A DNA stretch of 64,000 nucleotides from Paraspadella gotoi. Its lineage: Eukaryota; Animalia; Chaetognatha. The stretch is taken from the NCBI GenBank assembly GCA_051294375.1, contig CM119264.1, forward strand, positions 6,903,814 to 6,967,813, in the 5' to 3' direction. Made by a program: the position numbers and the translations under genes. The stretch's first letter is position 1. Each line of letters starts with the position of its first letter. The notes beneath the pieces were generated by a model that did not search any database, was not told the DNA's origin, and saw only the letters and a program-made list of their open reading frames with translations. Below are positions 40,808 to 55,982 of this stretch, piece after piece.

Positions 40808-41890
40808 CTCTCCCTTTCTCTCTCCTCTCCTCTCTCTCTTCTCTCTCTCTCATCTTTTCATTAAAGCGGTCATAGTCTCACTTGAGACAAGACAGATAGA
40901 GAGGCGCGAGGCGATAATAATAACATAAAAGCCCGAGGTGAAATGAAGATTCTCACTCGACGGATTTTCATTTCATAAAATTCACTGCTGAAAAGAAAAA
41001 ATAAACGTGCTGCAGGAGTTTTCAAAAAGAATAATAATGACAAAGAGAAAGTATAAAGATGTTAAATAACCACACACAGAAACAACAAAAGTTAAAAAGC
41101 CAAAGGTCCTCTTTATTAATACTCGTAATCAATAATTTGAAATAAGCTTTTTTAACTAAACTCGTCTCCCAATGATATTAGAATCATACCTAAATGGGCT
41201 TGCTAAACGGTAAAAGCGACTTTGCTATTTGTTATTGGCAAATCTGATATCTTCTAGATACTATTAGTACAATTCATATCCGTTCAAAACATAGAAATGA
41301 CGCTTACAAGTTAATAGTAATATTTTTTGAGAAGTGACCTACAAAACATTCCCCACTTAATCGCCAACCTTTTAGTCTTTTGTTAATCGAGAGAAAAAAA
41401 GGACAAAGTAGGTCATCCCGAATTACGGTCGTTCTCAAAACTGCGAACTCGTTTTCGGCTTTAATTCTTTTATTATATCCTCTCATTCTGATATCTTCAG
41501 TCTCTCTTTTCTCCTCGCTCTCCCTTCTTCGACTTTCCTCTCTTCCTCATCTTTTTTTCTCTCTTTCCTCCTTCCTCCTTTTCGACTCTCCCTCTTCCCA
41601 ATAAAACTAAAATCCCGTTCTCTCTTCCTCGCAACTGATCCTCCTCCTTTCTGATCCTCTTTCATAATCCTCTCATATCTTCGCCCTTCTCTGTCTTCTT
41701 CATCTTATCGATATAACAACAACGACAAAAAACGTTAGAAATAATGTTAAAGATAACTTTTAGACTCGTGAAATAAAAACAGGAGAATTTTAACAAATTA
41801 CCAATTATAATCACAGCGATAGAAATCTTCCAACCATCTCTTCAATTACACTTTATGCCGGATCAGCCTCTCTCCTCTCCTCTCTCTTCT

Positions 41891-41959
<69 letters not shown>

Positions 41960-42987
41960 GTGTGTCTCACTATTCGGGTCCCGATTTCCGGTGTCGATCA
42001 TCCGGCGCCGAAACAAAAACAAAACAAAACAAACAGATGACAGAAAAAAAAAAACTTCTTCCGTTTTCGATAGCAACTAAGACGCTTCACCAAATACGAA
42101 CCAATTTTTTTACGGAAGAATTTTAAAAAATTTATAATTGTATAATTTGCTTTTTGTTTTCTCATTTGTTAAATTTATTTTTAAATAAAAAATGCTAGAA
42201 AACATTCAATTAAGTTATATTAAAAAAAATGTTATGTGAAAAACTTGACATGAAATAATTAATTGTGTTTTTATTTCTCTATTTTATTCTGAAATTAAAT
42301 TAAAAAATATGCTAGAAAGCATGACATTTTTCCCAATTGTCTATAAAAAAAATTTATGACTTTGAAATTGGTACTTGTATTCTTATTTTTATAATTTTTA
42401 TTTTCAAATTCTTCTAAGAAATGCTACTTACTAAACATAAAATTAGGAGAAGAAGAAGACATTTCTCTTTATTATCTTTATGTGAAATCCTTTCTTATTT
42501 ATTTCTTTATTTATATTTAATACAATGGGGTTACTGGTGATCGTTGAGCGTGATCGAATAACCCTCTAGAACAAATGCAGATCTTACTTTCCTTTTCACA
42601 CTTCGTACTGTGAATTCAAAGACGTCCCCATTGTACTATCTCGAGCCAAAAGTTGTCTCATTGTCCGACATTACTATGTACGTACTCTAGCGAGAAAAAA
42701 AAGAAAATCTTTTTCCAAGGATTTTGGTCTCGATTCTGGACTTTGACTTTGAATGATCCCCCCCTCGTCCCTCGCCCCTCTTCCCTCTTCCCTCTTCCTC
42801 TTCCCTCTTCCCTCCGCCCCTCTTCCCCGCCCTTCGCCCTCTTCCCTCTTCCCTCGCCCCTCTCAGTGCGGCCGCTCCTGTCCACTTTCCTCCCCTTTCA
42901 ACACTGTGACGGTCTCTCCCCTCCCCCTCGCCCGGTCCCTCAGTTCGTTCCGATGAGCGATTTAGATAAACGAGTCGAGTCGTAAGA

Positions 42988-43072
<85 letters not shown>

Positions 43073-43568
43073 CTTTCTTTCTCTTGCTATTTTGTTTAAA
43101 CGTCGTCGAACCCTGTANNNNNNNNNNNNNNNNNNNNNNNNNAAATAAGAATACAAGTACCAAATTTCAAGTCATAATTTTTTTTATAGACAATTGGGAA
43201 AAATGTCATGCTTTCTAGCATATTTTTAATTTAATTTCAGAATAAAATCAAGGAAATAAAAACACAATTAATTAATTTCATGTCAAGTTTTTCACATAAC
43301 ATTTTTTTTAATATAACTTAATTGAATGTTTTCTAGCATTTTTATTTAAAAATAAAATTTAACAAATGAGAAAACAAAAAGCAAATTATACAAGTTATAA
43401 ATTTTTTAAAATCTTCCGTAAAAAAATTGGTTCGTATTTGGTGAAGCGTCTTAGTTGCTATCGAAAACGGAAGAAGTTTTTTTTTCTGTCATCTGTTTGT
43501 TTTGTTTTGTTTTGTTTCGGCGCCGGATGATCGACACCGGAAATCGGGACCCGAATAGTGAGACACAC

Positions 43569-43655
<87 letters not shown>

Positions 43656-44717
43656 CTGAATCCGGCATAAAGTGTAATTGAAGAGATGGTTGGAAGATTT
43701 CTAATCGCTGTGATTATAATTGGTAATTTGTTAAAATTCTCCTGTTTTTATTTCACGAGTACTAAAAGTTATCTTAACATTATTTCTACGTTTTTGTCGT
43801 TGTTGTTAATATCGATAAGAGATGAAGAAGACAGGATGAAGGGCGAAGATATTGAGAGGATTATGAAAGAGGATCAGAAAGGAGGAGGATCAGTTGCGAG
43901 GAAGAGAGAACGGGATTTAGTTTTATTGGGAAGAGGAGAGTCGAAAAAGGAGGAAGGAGGAAAGAGAGAAAAAAAGATGAGGAAGAGAGGAAAGTCGAAG
44001 AAGGGAGAGCGAGGAGAAAAGAGAGACTGAAGATATCAGAATGAGAGGATATAATAAAAAGAATTAAAGCCGAAAACGAGTTCGCAGTTTTGAGAACGAC
44101 GTAATTCGGGATGACCTACTTTGTCCTTTTTTTTCTCTCGATTAACAAAAGACTAAAAGGTTTGGCGATTAAGTGGGGAATGTTTTGTAGGTCACTTCTC
44201 AAAAATATTACTATTAACTTGTAAGGCGTCATTTCTATGTTTTGAAGGATATAATTGTACTAATAGTATCTAGAAGATATCAGATTTGCCAATAACAAAT
44301 AGCAAGTCGTTTTACGTTAGCACCATTTAGGTAATGATCTAATATTCATTGGGAGACGAGTTTAGTTAAAAAGTTATTTCATATTTTGATTAACGAGTAT
44401 TAATAAAGGACCTTGCTTTTTTACTTTTGTTTGTTCTGTTGGTTATTTTACATCTTTATACTTTCTCTTTGTCATTATTATTCTTTTGAAACTCCTGCAG
44501 CACGTTTTTTTTCTTTTCACAGTGAATTTTATGAAAGTGAAAATCCGTCGAGTGAGAATCTTCTTTTCCCTCGGGCTTTTGTTATTATTATCGCCTCGCG
44601 CTCTCTCTATCTGTCTTGTCTCATAAGAGACTATGAACCGCTTTATGAAAAAGATGAGAGANNNNNNNNNNNNNNNNNNNNNNNNNCAGAATCGAGGCTA
44701 TTTCACAAGATTTTTTA

Positions 44718-46330
44718 CCAATCAGAACCCCGTATAAAACGTGGATCTCGCTCATCGCTATTTCCTATATATCCCTACACCCCATCGTCCCCCTGTTCAA
44801 CGCCAGATCCCCCTTCCTTTCCGCGGAGCACTCGAAGCGGTCCAAACTTCGAATCTCGGGGCCGCGCTCCGTCGCCGCGCAAACGGAGCCGCGCCGCGAA
44901 GGAGCAACAGAATCGCGAGCCGCCAGCGTGATCCCGTTGGACCAGGATCTTGAGCGGATGCAGCGCAGCGTAGCGCTCGATGATCGCGCGGACGCGGGCT
45001 TCAGCGCAGGAAGAGAACAGCAGCCTTCCGGTCGGGAGTTTAGCGTCCGGGTATGAGACTTTGCCGGGATTGGAATCGACAGTCGTGCGCAAGGGTGAGT
45101 CTTTAACCTTGGGTCCGAGTGTGGATTACCATTTGACGTGTTCCTGATAAGGGAAAATTACTCTATATGCATTCTAAGAGAGGATTGAATTTCTCAATGC
45201 TTAATTTATCAACTATTGTTGAAGTTTGAAACTTGAATGATTCATTTTCGTTTTGGATTTCAATATGTAATTCGGTTTCTTCGGTTTTTCGAGTACCTTA
45301 AATATAACCTTAGCAATACTGGTGGATTAATTAATGATTATTTATTTAATTTTTTATTGCTTTAGAGATTGACTTGTTCCTTGGTTATCTCTTTATTAGT
45401 TTATCGCTTGTTTGATTAATTATCGCGTTCTCTTTTTTTCTTCTCACGCTTTTACCATTTTTCGTGTTTTTTTTTATCCCGTCTTCTTCCCAAATCCTTC
45501 TTGACTTTCTTTTTCCCCTTCCTCTCTTCCCACCCTTTCTTCCCCCCCACTTCCCTCTCTACCCTACTCCCCCAGTTTCCCCATTTTCCCCTCTCCAACT
45601 TCCCCCCCAAGTCTACGTGGCCAGGCCTGGAGGCCGTCGGGCACCACAAGGCTCTCGCATTGGAAAGTCCGCGCGGCTTAATGCCAACGCGAGGTCACAG
45701 CATGACCAACCAAAGGATCGTGATCTCGTCTGGAACGAATAATCCTAGAGTCTCAAGCGAGACGAGACGACATCATGCGAGCCGACCCATCATCCTGCCA
45801 GGAGGGAGGCCCGCACCATTGTGGTGAGATTTCATCGATTGATTGATGACTGTTCTCTGTGGATTAAATTTTTGTTTTATGATTGATTGGGCGGCAATCA
45901 CTACACTGTTAATGGGCAATTTTGTTTTTTTTTTTTGCATTGATAAAGTTTGAGTTCATTATATCTAGTTTTGATCAATGGCTTTGATATTTCAAATAAT
46001 TTTCAATTTTAAATTTGAGTTGATTTACCCCCTGAATCCCTGATTAAGATTATTAATACTCTTCTTTGTAATAGTATGTTTCAATCTACGTTATCATTAC
46101 ATTAAATAATCCATAAATAACTTGAAATTTCAATTAACCAAATCCGTTCGTCCGCCAGTTACTGCGAGGGAAATGACCGAGGCCGTTCGGTTCTCGATCT
46201 GGCGCGGACGATCCTCTCCGAGGCGAGAGCGCAACGGACGTCCTCGACGAAGAGTTCCATAGCTTGCTGCATGGGAATTGAAGAGAAAGACAAGCGGCTG
46301 GAAGGCGGCGTGATGGGCGTCGGCGGTAGG
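44718..46330 (+). other. Three GC-rich exon-like islands of an unidentified gene (~44770-45094, ~45612-45823, ~46159-46326)
   Basis: Donors G|GTGAGT (45094), G|GTGAGA (45823) and G|GTAGGC; pyrimidine-tract acceptors before the second and third islands; CCAAT (44718) and TATAAAA (44733) upstream. No recognisable domain. Confidence 0.3.
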
Positions 46331-49300
46331 CAGAAGGCTGCGTCGGCGGGGACGGATGCGGCGGCAGCGCGGCGACGACAAGCTGGCGTTTTCGAAAGAC
46401 CTCCTTCGACCACCATGAAAAAAAGCGCGAAAAAAAAATTTACAGAGAGCTCCTCAGAGAGGAGAGAGAGCGCAAGACATCATGAACGTCCACCAAGTGC
46501 AAGATCTTCATGAAGGGGGTGTTGACTAGGGAAAGCGGACCGACATTCTATGGGATTTGGTTCCAACTTCGCTTCGAGAAGTCTGAAGAATTGTACATTC
46601 ACAGGAAAATTTTTAAATTCAATTCTTTCCAGAAAATGAATTTTAAGTATTTCGGAGATTATCCTTTTAAAATAGTTTATTTTTAGTTATGTTAGCAGGT
46701 CTTTATCAAAACATATTGTAACAGACCTTGTGTATTTCTTGTTTCATACCAGTGCCGAGTGTAATTCGCCAAAAAGAAATACCATTACAGGTTTAAAAAA
46801 AAGTTTTAACATGAGGCGCTACGATGATTAATTCCCAAACACAAACTAGCCTTAAAATAAGCTTGCATCCCTTTTTTCTGCTTGACCACTGGCCGCAGTA
46901 TGGATGCCTGAAATAAAATGAATTCATATTTCTTTTAAGAGTTGATATTTTAGTTGTTTACGTTTTTTCGCTTCCTCCTTTAAAATTTCGGTCCCAATGG
47001 AATTTTGATTACTGCCTGTATTGAATGTCTTCAACTGTTTGACCGCGCCGACCAGCCGCGCGCGTGACGACCTGGTAAATAGATTTATTTTTCTTCCTTG
47101 TCTTTTTTTCTCTTCTGCTCTTTAATAGGAAGGCCCGATCCTGGTTATTCAGCCCGCTCCAGTTTATTCTTTAAATTTATGATCGCCAAAAAAAAACTAA
47201 TGTATAAATCCTCGCTATAATCGAAAATCCTTGTGTTAATCAATCTGTGTCGTTTCGCCGTCGTCGACAATCTATCGTATGACGCGGACACAATTGAACG
47301 GGGCAAGAATGGCTAGCGATGTTGCGAGTCTCGAAGATCGGACCGGAATTCATGGGAAACCATTTTAACGCCAGGGCTCCAGAGATCCTTTCTTGAAAAC
47401 AAAATAGCGCAAAAGCCATTAAAAATCAAATTTTTTTTTAAGTTATTGAAAAAATCGTCTACGATTCCACTTAATTTTTATTTGTTCGAGACCAATGTGA
47501 AGTCGTTAATTATTTTATGTCAGAATAAGGTGAAATAATGGAATAACAAATAAGAACGTTGTGTCAACTTTTACAGCTGCCAAGTTGTTTTATGGGTATT
47601 GTGATACCCTAGATGCTATTGTATTTGTATTGTGTGCTCTTGATTTGTCTTCATTTTTTTCGTGTCAATATGTCATGATTAGATGTCGACAAAAAAAACT
47701 TTTGGTTTGAGAACAACTATTCCGATAGAGAACAAAATGTTTTTTCATTGCACTTACGTAATCTAGATTCACAAACAAAGGAAAAATAAAGAGAAAACTT
47801 AAGAGACTAAACTTAATACTTGTTTATGAGTTAGTGACAGAAGAGTTCAATATAAGCAGTTCCTGATCTTCGGGACCAGGCTGTAACAACCGTGTTACAG
47901 ACGGCGTCAGTTTAAGCGCGCGGACCCGTTCCTCTTAACTGGTATGGACCGACCACCTTGCAGAGAACCTTTTGCAGAAGGCCTAGTGGAGTCGAAAAAG
48001 TTGACTTGCCTTCCTGAACCAATGGCCAGCTGATGAAGACGGATGCCGTGAAATTTTTAGTCCACCATAAAAATAAATACAAGATAGTTGAGTACATACG
48101 TATTAAATTTATTAAAGTTTAAAATGATGTTACCACAAAAAGTACTTCTTAATTCAACATATATATAGACTTAACGAAACTTTAATTTTAAGAAAAGAAC
48201 AAAAGATAAAAGAAACTTTGCAAAGTTGAGCTTCACGGCATTTAATGGAATATCACGCTTCACCGAAAAAATAACGCGTGAGGGGATAGACGAGGTCCGG
48301 AGTGAATTCAGTGCGTGCGGAGTGTGCCAGCGAGGTCCACCAAGCATGCCGTCAAAACTTCTGACTCACCGAAGCATGATGAGACAAATATTGAGGAATC
48401 AAATATGAGTATCACATAATCCACTTCGCGGAGCTTATCATAGAGTGCAGATTCGTGTCCCCTCGTAAATAAAAATAACAAAAAAAGATTAACTAATCAT
48501 ATTTCTGTACAGTCCTGACCCTAAAAGTTTTTTATCGATTCTTCTCTGACTGACTGGAACAGGATTGGAGGCGATTAGGTTTGTAGTGCTCCTCAAAAAT
48601 AAGTGAAATTTCTACTCGACTTACTCGGCATAGAAGTGGTCCTCAAATATGTTACCAGAGGAATGACTACAAGAGGAAGAGAAATATGAAGATTGGCTTA
48701 TTATGTCGACGAAACTTATACATTGAGTGATTATGATTATAAAACACATGCTAAGCGCCTTTTTTGGGTCAACTTAAAGCCTAGATACAGTTCAGATTGA
48801 TTAAAATTTTGAAATAAAAAAAATGACTAAATGGACGTACTTGAGTTTAGCCGACGAAAAGACCCCCCCTCCCTCTACTGGAAAAGAATTCACAGCTTTC
48901 CGAGGGAAGAGAAAAGTACTCCCAGAATATCTTCGTACACAAATGAGAAAGAAACTCGCATACAGAGACGCAGACCACACCTCTCGCACTCGAAAGACCC
49001 CGCAATTTTGAATTTCATAACTCATGGAGACGTAACAATCAAGATGGTGTTGGTAAGAATTCAGCGGAAAAGCATCCCCTAGAATTTTTTGCTGAGGTAT
49101 TTGGATTTGCCGCGTAATTTGGTCAGATGTTGATCTGGAGAATCTTCCAGAATGACGTAGTTGAATATAATGTCAGGAAAAGAAACGGAATAAAGCGAAA
49201 AAGGACGGAGAAAATCAGTCATAAGGCAGTAAGATGAACGTGAAATGCTGCGGTCCGTAGTTAAGCAGGTGGGGTAGTGGGTTGGGTTCTATAAATGTCC

Positions 49301-52300
49301 AAGTTCTGCCACGCCCCAGTCTGAGTACAAGGCAATTAGTTGAGTGAAAATACCATGTGCGCCGACGATGTTCGCAGTTTTTTGAGAACGATCCGTAACG
49401 GTTCGGATGACCTACTTTGTCCTTTTTTGCTTCTCTCGATAACAAAAAGGACTAAAGTTTGGCGATTAGGTGAGAATGTTATTAGCGTCACTTCTTCAAA
49501 AATCATTACTATTAACTTGTTAAGCCTTCATTTCTATGTTTTGAAATAGGATATAATTGTACTGAATAGTTATCTATAGAAGATTCAGATTTGCCAATCA
49601 ACAAATAGCAAAGCTTTACTTGCGCACGTGTAGCTAGGCACCCGATATTTAACGTTGCCAGTTATATGTTCTTCTAATATCCATTGGTCGCGAAGGAGAA
49701 GAGACACCGAGACTCGTGCAGCTTCACTGGTAGTACACAACCGTCCTTACATCTATTGTTTCTCCATTCTCTCTCAGTTCTCATCTCTCCTCTCTCTTCT
49801 TGTTCTCCTCTCTCTCAATCTCTCTCATATCGACTGTCAGTTCTATATTAAATAAAGACTCTTTGTCTCTTCTCTCTCTCTCTCTCTCTCTCTTCTTTAC
49901 CTCGGCCTTACTTTCTACGCCACTCTCTTCTCGAAAAGAAGAGTCAGTAGGGTAGGTTACGTCCGGTTCTCCCCACCCGCAAAAACAACCGCCACTCGTT
50001 TCGCCGAAAAGGAGTGAGAATAAGAGTAGGGATTTTGTGTCGGGCGTTATGTTGTTACCATCTTTGTCTTCTCTACTTATACTTCTCTCTTTGTTCCTCT
50101 CATTTATTACTCTTTCTTCCTTGCATACATCCTCTTCTCTCTCTCTCTCTCTCTCTCTGGCCTACCCACGTCTCTCTCGTCTCTCTCTCTCTCTCTTTTC
50201 TTTCTTGTTCTTCTCCCGATCTCTCCCTTCCTTCCTCCTTCCTCCCTCTTCCCTCTTCTCTGCTGCATTTTTCATTTTGACGAAGGCACTGGGTGAGAAA
50301 CATTTCAAAGTATAATGTAAAATCGGTTGTGGTAGTGAGAAGAAAATTGAGAGACGAGAGACGATAGACGCAGTGAGGAATCTTCTGTATTCCTCGGGCT
50401 TTTTGTGATATTATATCGGGAGACTTTCGAGCCGGCTGCTCTTCTATCTGTTTCTGTGGATTTTTCAATAAGGAAGGAGACGTAGAGAATTGAGGTAACT
50501 AGCCCTGATGATTATGAATAGAAGAAGAAGAGGAGAGAAGAAGAAGAAGGAAGAGGACGGAAGAGAGGAAGAGATGAGCAGAGATGAGGAAGAGAGAGAG
50601 GCATAGACAGAGAAAAAGAAGAAAGATAAAGGATGAGGAGGGCAGAAAAGCGATGTGGAGGAAAGGGAGAGGAGGAGGAGTAAAAAGGAAGGAGAAATTA
50701 TGGGCGACTCTCTCTCTCTCTGTGTCGTGTCTCACTCTCTCTCGGTCTCTTTTTCTCTCTCTCTCTCTCGTACGAGAGGGGATGACGTACGTTGCGTCGT
50801 CGTGATCACGTGACCTTGTCTCGCTTCTCTCCCGCGTGGTACCCCGCAACCCCTTCCCCTGCCTCCTCCCCCACTTACGCTACCGACCAATTCGCTTCGC
50901 GGCAGAATCGGCTCTCTGGATCACGTGACTCCTGCTCCACTAATCGAAGGTGGCAGATTCTTCTCGACCAATCAGCTGAAGAACAGACAATCTCGGCCGG
51001 CCTCGAGCAATCGCTCCTTTCGAGCCTCTCCGTTGAATCGTCCGGCCCGGAGACGTCCGCAGAGCGGAGGATTTTCGACGCGGGTGCGTCGTCGGCCGAA
51101 ACGCGCGTGACGCGTTTCGCCCGTCTCGACGACGGTTAAGTAGTTACATCCGGGGAAAGAAGTCCGGGCCGCGGATTCGGGATCCGGATGAAGCTCGGAC
51201 CAGACCCGGCCGACTTCTGTCGGACAGGGAGAATCCGTGGGTCGGGCGAACGGTGGCCGGTGTGGAGGGGGGAGTCAGGGAGAGAGGAGAGAGAGAGAGA
51301 GAGATAGAGGAACACGGCATAAGGACATCTGTCGATGAATTTGGTTACGACTGCGTGACTTAGACAGGGACGAGGTGAGGAAAGGGAAGGGATCCGCGAG
51401 TGTTGAAAGAGACGACGCGCACGACAGAGCTTGTAAATGAGGGCAAGGAAACGCAGAAGATCACGTGAAATTTACCATGGAGGGAGGAGAGGAGCAGAGA
51501 TGAGATGAGCGAGGAGGCTGAGAATTTGTTTTACGCGCTGCAAGGAGACAAAGAAGAAGATGTCCGAAAATCTCGCGTGTCGATGGTTAACAATCCCTGA
51601 CAATCATAACACGCAAGGACGCCCTCCATATCCCAAAACAGAAAGAAACAAAAGAAAAAAAAGGGAAAAAGTAAACAGTATGAAGCGTAGAAAGTTCATA
51701 CTTAATCAAAACTATTACTTTTCACCGAATGGAGGATATCATGGTAAAACAGTATGTATTGAAATCTCCTTATCTGCCGGATATAATTTTTTTGTTGTTA
51801 CCACGCCCCCGGATGTAATCCGAGCCCATATCTTCAGCATCGACGAGAGAAACAACTTTTATAGGAGGTGGGCAAAACAAGAAATATTTATATCGGATTC
51901 GAACTCGTAACCTTCCTGGCGTAATCATTTCGTCTTTCCTCCAAAGCTAAAAAGACAAACGTCGTCTTCCAATTTTGACCCAGAATCGTTTCTCTTCTGC
52001 AAGAAAGGAGAAAAGAGAGGAAAGGAAAAAAAAGTCGAGGAAATTTCTATGTTAGAATGTCGGAGATAAAAAAGAAGAGTCCCTCGAGTAGTAATGGAGA
52101 AGGAGGAAAGAAAAGGAGAGAATGTGGAGGAAAGAAAAGAAAAGGAAAAAAAGAAAGGACGAAAAAAGGACGGAGAGATAAAAGGGGAGACAAAAAAAAG
52201 GAACGATAAGATGAGAAGCCGAGTCAAAAAAAAAAACAAAAGAATAAAGAAAAGAGAAAGGAAATCAAAAGAAAGAAAGCAGAGTAAAATCTGAGAAGAG

Positions 52301-52856
52301 AAAAGAAGGAGGAAGCCGAAGAAAGGAATGAAAGAGAGAAGAAAAGAGTCAAAGTTTCTGAAATAAATGGGATAAAAAATATCCTTCTATAGAAAAACCG
52401 AAAAAAAATGAGAAAACGCGCGTGGCTCAAATAGGGAGAAACGAGAATGTCTTTGTGATGAGAAGATGCAGAGAGAAAAGAAAAAAGAGAGTGTGAGAGT
52501 GTGAGAGAGAGTTAGAGAGAGTTGAAGAAAAAGAGAAATTAAAAAAAAAAATTGTGTGAAAGCAAAGGAGAAAAAATTCCCGTGAAAACAAGAAAACAAG
52601 CGCAGAAAACGCGATTCATTATCTCGCCTCTTTTGACAAAACAGACGAAAAAAAAAGAAAAAGAATGAAAGAGAGAGAGAGACTCTCTCTCTCTCATCTC
52701 TCTCTCTCTCTTAACTCTGCTTGTCTCCCGCTCTTCTTCCTTTCTTTCTTTACCTGCATAGAAATGTTTGACCTTGGATGTTCTCTTTTCCTTTCGTTCC
52801 ATTCTCATACAGTCCTCGGAGCTAATACCGTCTTCTTGTCTCTCTCTTCTTGCCGA

Positions 52857-52887
<31 letters not shown>

Positions 52888-54765
52888 CGTCTCTCTCTCT
52901 CTCTCTTCTCCTCTCTCTTCTCCTCTCTCTCTCTCCTCTCTCCTCTCTCTCTCTTCCCTTCTTTCTCTCCTCTTCTTCTCACTCGCCATTGTCTCTATTG
53001 GCAAAATCTCCGCAGATTATCCCTTTTCTTTTTTTTCCTTCAACTTTTGTCTTCGAAAAAAAGATTTCGGAATCAAAGTGCTTGTGATTTATTTTATAAG
53101 CGAATCATTGTAATCTTTGGTCACATGTCATAAAGAATTCGACCTTCAATCGTGTTTCGTGATCGTGGTGTTAAAATTCAAACCGGTTGATTGACAATTT
53201 CGGTGCCGTAACCTATAATCTTAAATATTCATTTAACGCAAGAGAACACCTCGGCGCTTTTCCTTTTTTGTTCAATTACAACCCTTGTTGTTTTGTTTCC
53301 TTAGTTCCCCAGGCGGCCGACCGGCGCTGGCGTCCGCCGGAATGGACTTTCTGCAATCGGTTCGTCGTCGTCGGGTCCAGCATCTCGCTTTCGAGTGTCC
53401 CTCCAAAAACAAACTCTCCGCAGTCTGGATTAAACTTTCGAAGGTATACGAGGGCAACTTGACATTTTTAATAAGTTTAATTATTTCTTAATCGTTTAAT
53501 TAAACGTTTTTTTAATGCATTTGACGGTAATAGTTAGTGATTGTGAATTTTTGAAACTCTTAAGTTGTCGATGAGGATGCGTTGAGAAAAAGCAAGTGTA
53601 AATTTTAAAACAAATATAAAACTACGGCACAAAAGAAATTATACATTATCAAATAAGTAAATTTATTTAATCTTCTAAAGCCCCAATCAAGCCGTTTGGA
53701 ATTGCGAAGGAGTTTAAAAATGATTTACTACGAGTTAATGTTTAATTCAGAAATTAAGTCTAATTTTAAACAACATATTATTGAAAATATATTTGTGTCT
53801 CAGTCTTGATTTAAAATTCATCTCACTTAGTCAAGGTGTGAAGAGAAAATCTTGGAGGGCGATCTTTTAATCAAGGCGAACGGCAGAGACGCGAGCGGCA
53901 GAAACGTAGCGAGATTCACCTCTCCATCCGGTGAACAATTTTCATTTTGCATTAGCGCCTGGGAAAGAATGAAGACAGGAGTATGGATCGCTCCTGGCTG
54001 TGACTCGTGGCTAAGACTCCGTGGTTTCTCTCAAGGACTCGGCTGCAAGCTGGTCTCTCTAATGGTTGATTTAAAAAAATAACGCCCGGGGAGGTTATGA
54101 CAACCGTGGCTTTTTAAATTAATTGAGTAAGACCACAATATGCGGGCGAGAGAGGATTTTCAGCGTTGAGACCAGAATTCAGATGTCATTTTTTAGTTGG
54201 AGTTTGGAGTTACAAATGATTAAATCACAACAAGATAAACATCGCTTCTTTTTTTTAAATGCGAACAAACGGTGAAGGAACTATCCGTCGAGAGATTTGT
54301 GAATGAAATCACGAAATACGTTTTTTAAAAGCAAATCAATATAACTTGTTCGGAAGGAAAAAGAATAATTACCATAAAATAAGTAAAAGTTACACTGGGA
54401 GTGAATAAAATAAGACTGTGAGAGAGTCTTGATTGAAAGCTTGCAGAAAACCTGCTAGTTATTATCTTGTAAGTGTGATGGAGGCCTAAACCACGCAAGC
54501 CTGTCAAAGTCAGGACAAGATAGCTTATTTATTAAAAATGAATGGATAATTTATATTGGTTGTAGCCAATTTCCATAATATGTATGTATATGAGTCCTAC
54601 TTATTTTAGTTCAGCCAAAAGAACAACGCGGACTAAAAAAAAACACTGTGCTACAACAGTTGGCTCACGAATGTGAAAGGGAAGGGCAAAAGGGCAGAAA
54701 CTTCTTCGACTATGGAAAGGAGCTACAGGGCGACGATTTAAACAAAATAGCAAGAGAAAAAGAGA

Positions 54766-54847
<82 letters not shown>

Positions 54848-55913
54848 TCTTACCGACTCGACTCGTTATCTAAATCGCTCATCGGACACGAACTGAGGGA
54901 CGGGCGAAGGGGGGTAGGGGAGAGACCGTCACACGTGTGAAAGGGGAGGAAAGTGAAAGCAGGAGGCGGCCGCACTGAGAGGGGCGAGGGAAGAGGGAAG
55001 AGGGGCGAAGGGCGGGGAAGAGGGGCGGAGGGAAGAGGGAAAGAGGAGAGGGAAGAGGGAAGAGGGGCGAGGGCGAGGGGGGGATCTTCAAGTCAAAGTC
55101 CCAGAAATCGAGACGCCAAAATCCTTGGAAAAAGATTTTCTTTTTTTTCTCGCTAGAGTACGTACATACGTAATGGTCGGACAATGAGACAACTTTTGGC
55201 TCGAGATAGTACAATGGGGACGTCTTTGAATGTTCACAGTACGAAGTGTGAAAAGGAAAGTAAGATCTGCATTTGTTCTAAGAGGTTATTCGATCAGCTT
55301 CAAAACGATCACCAGTAACGCGCGCATTGTGTATTAAATATAATAAAGAAATTAAATAGAAAGGATTTTCAACATAAAGATAATAAAAGAGAAATGTCTT
55401 CTTCTGTCTCCTAAATTTTAATGTTGTAAAGTAGCATTTCTTAAGAAGAATTTGAAAATAAAATTAATAAAAATAAGAATACAAGTACCAATTTCAAGTC
55501 ATAAATTTTTTTTAATAGACAATTGGGAAAATGTCATGCTTTTCCTAAGCATATTTTTAATTTAATTTCAGAATAAAATAGAAATAAAAAACAACAATTA
55601 ATTACTTTATGTCAAGTTTTCACATAACATTTTTTTTAATATAACTTAATTGAATTGTTTCTAGCATTTTTTTATTTAAAAATAAAATTTAACAAATGAG
55701 AAAACAAAAGCAAAATTATACAAGTTATAAATTTTTTAAAATAGCTTCCGTAAAAAAAAAATTGGTTCGTAATTTGGTGAAGCGTCTAGTTGCTATCGAA
55801 AACGGAAGGAAGTTTTTTTTTTCTGTCATCTGTTTTGTTTTTGGTTTTGTTTTGTTCGGCGCCGGATGATCGACCACCGGAAATCGGGACCGAATAGTGA
55901 GACACACAGAGAA

Positions 55914-55982
<69 letters not shown>

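Noticed and set aside
45612-45742. T5orf172/GIY-YIG-like peptide VYVARPG...RIGKS
   Set aside because: Too short and weak, ends at an in-frame stop, and a different frame is open across the island.
48700-51560. Novel GC-rich ORFs and CpG island
   Set aside because: Interleaved with noisy matches to blocks at 44070-44660 and 57140 onward, which suggests unpolished low-quality read sequence.
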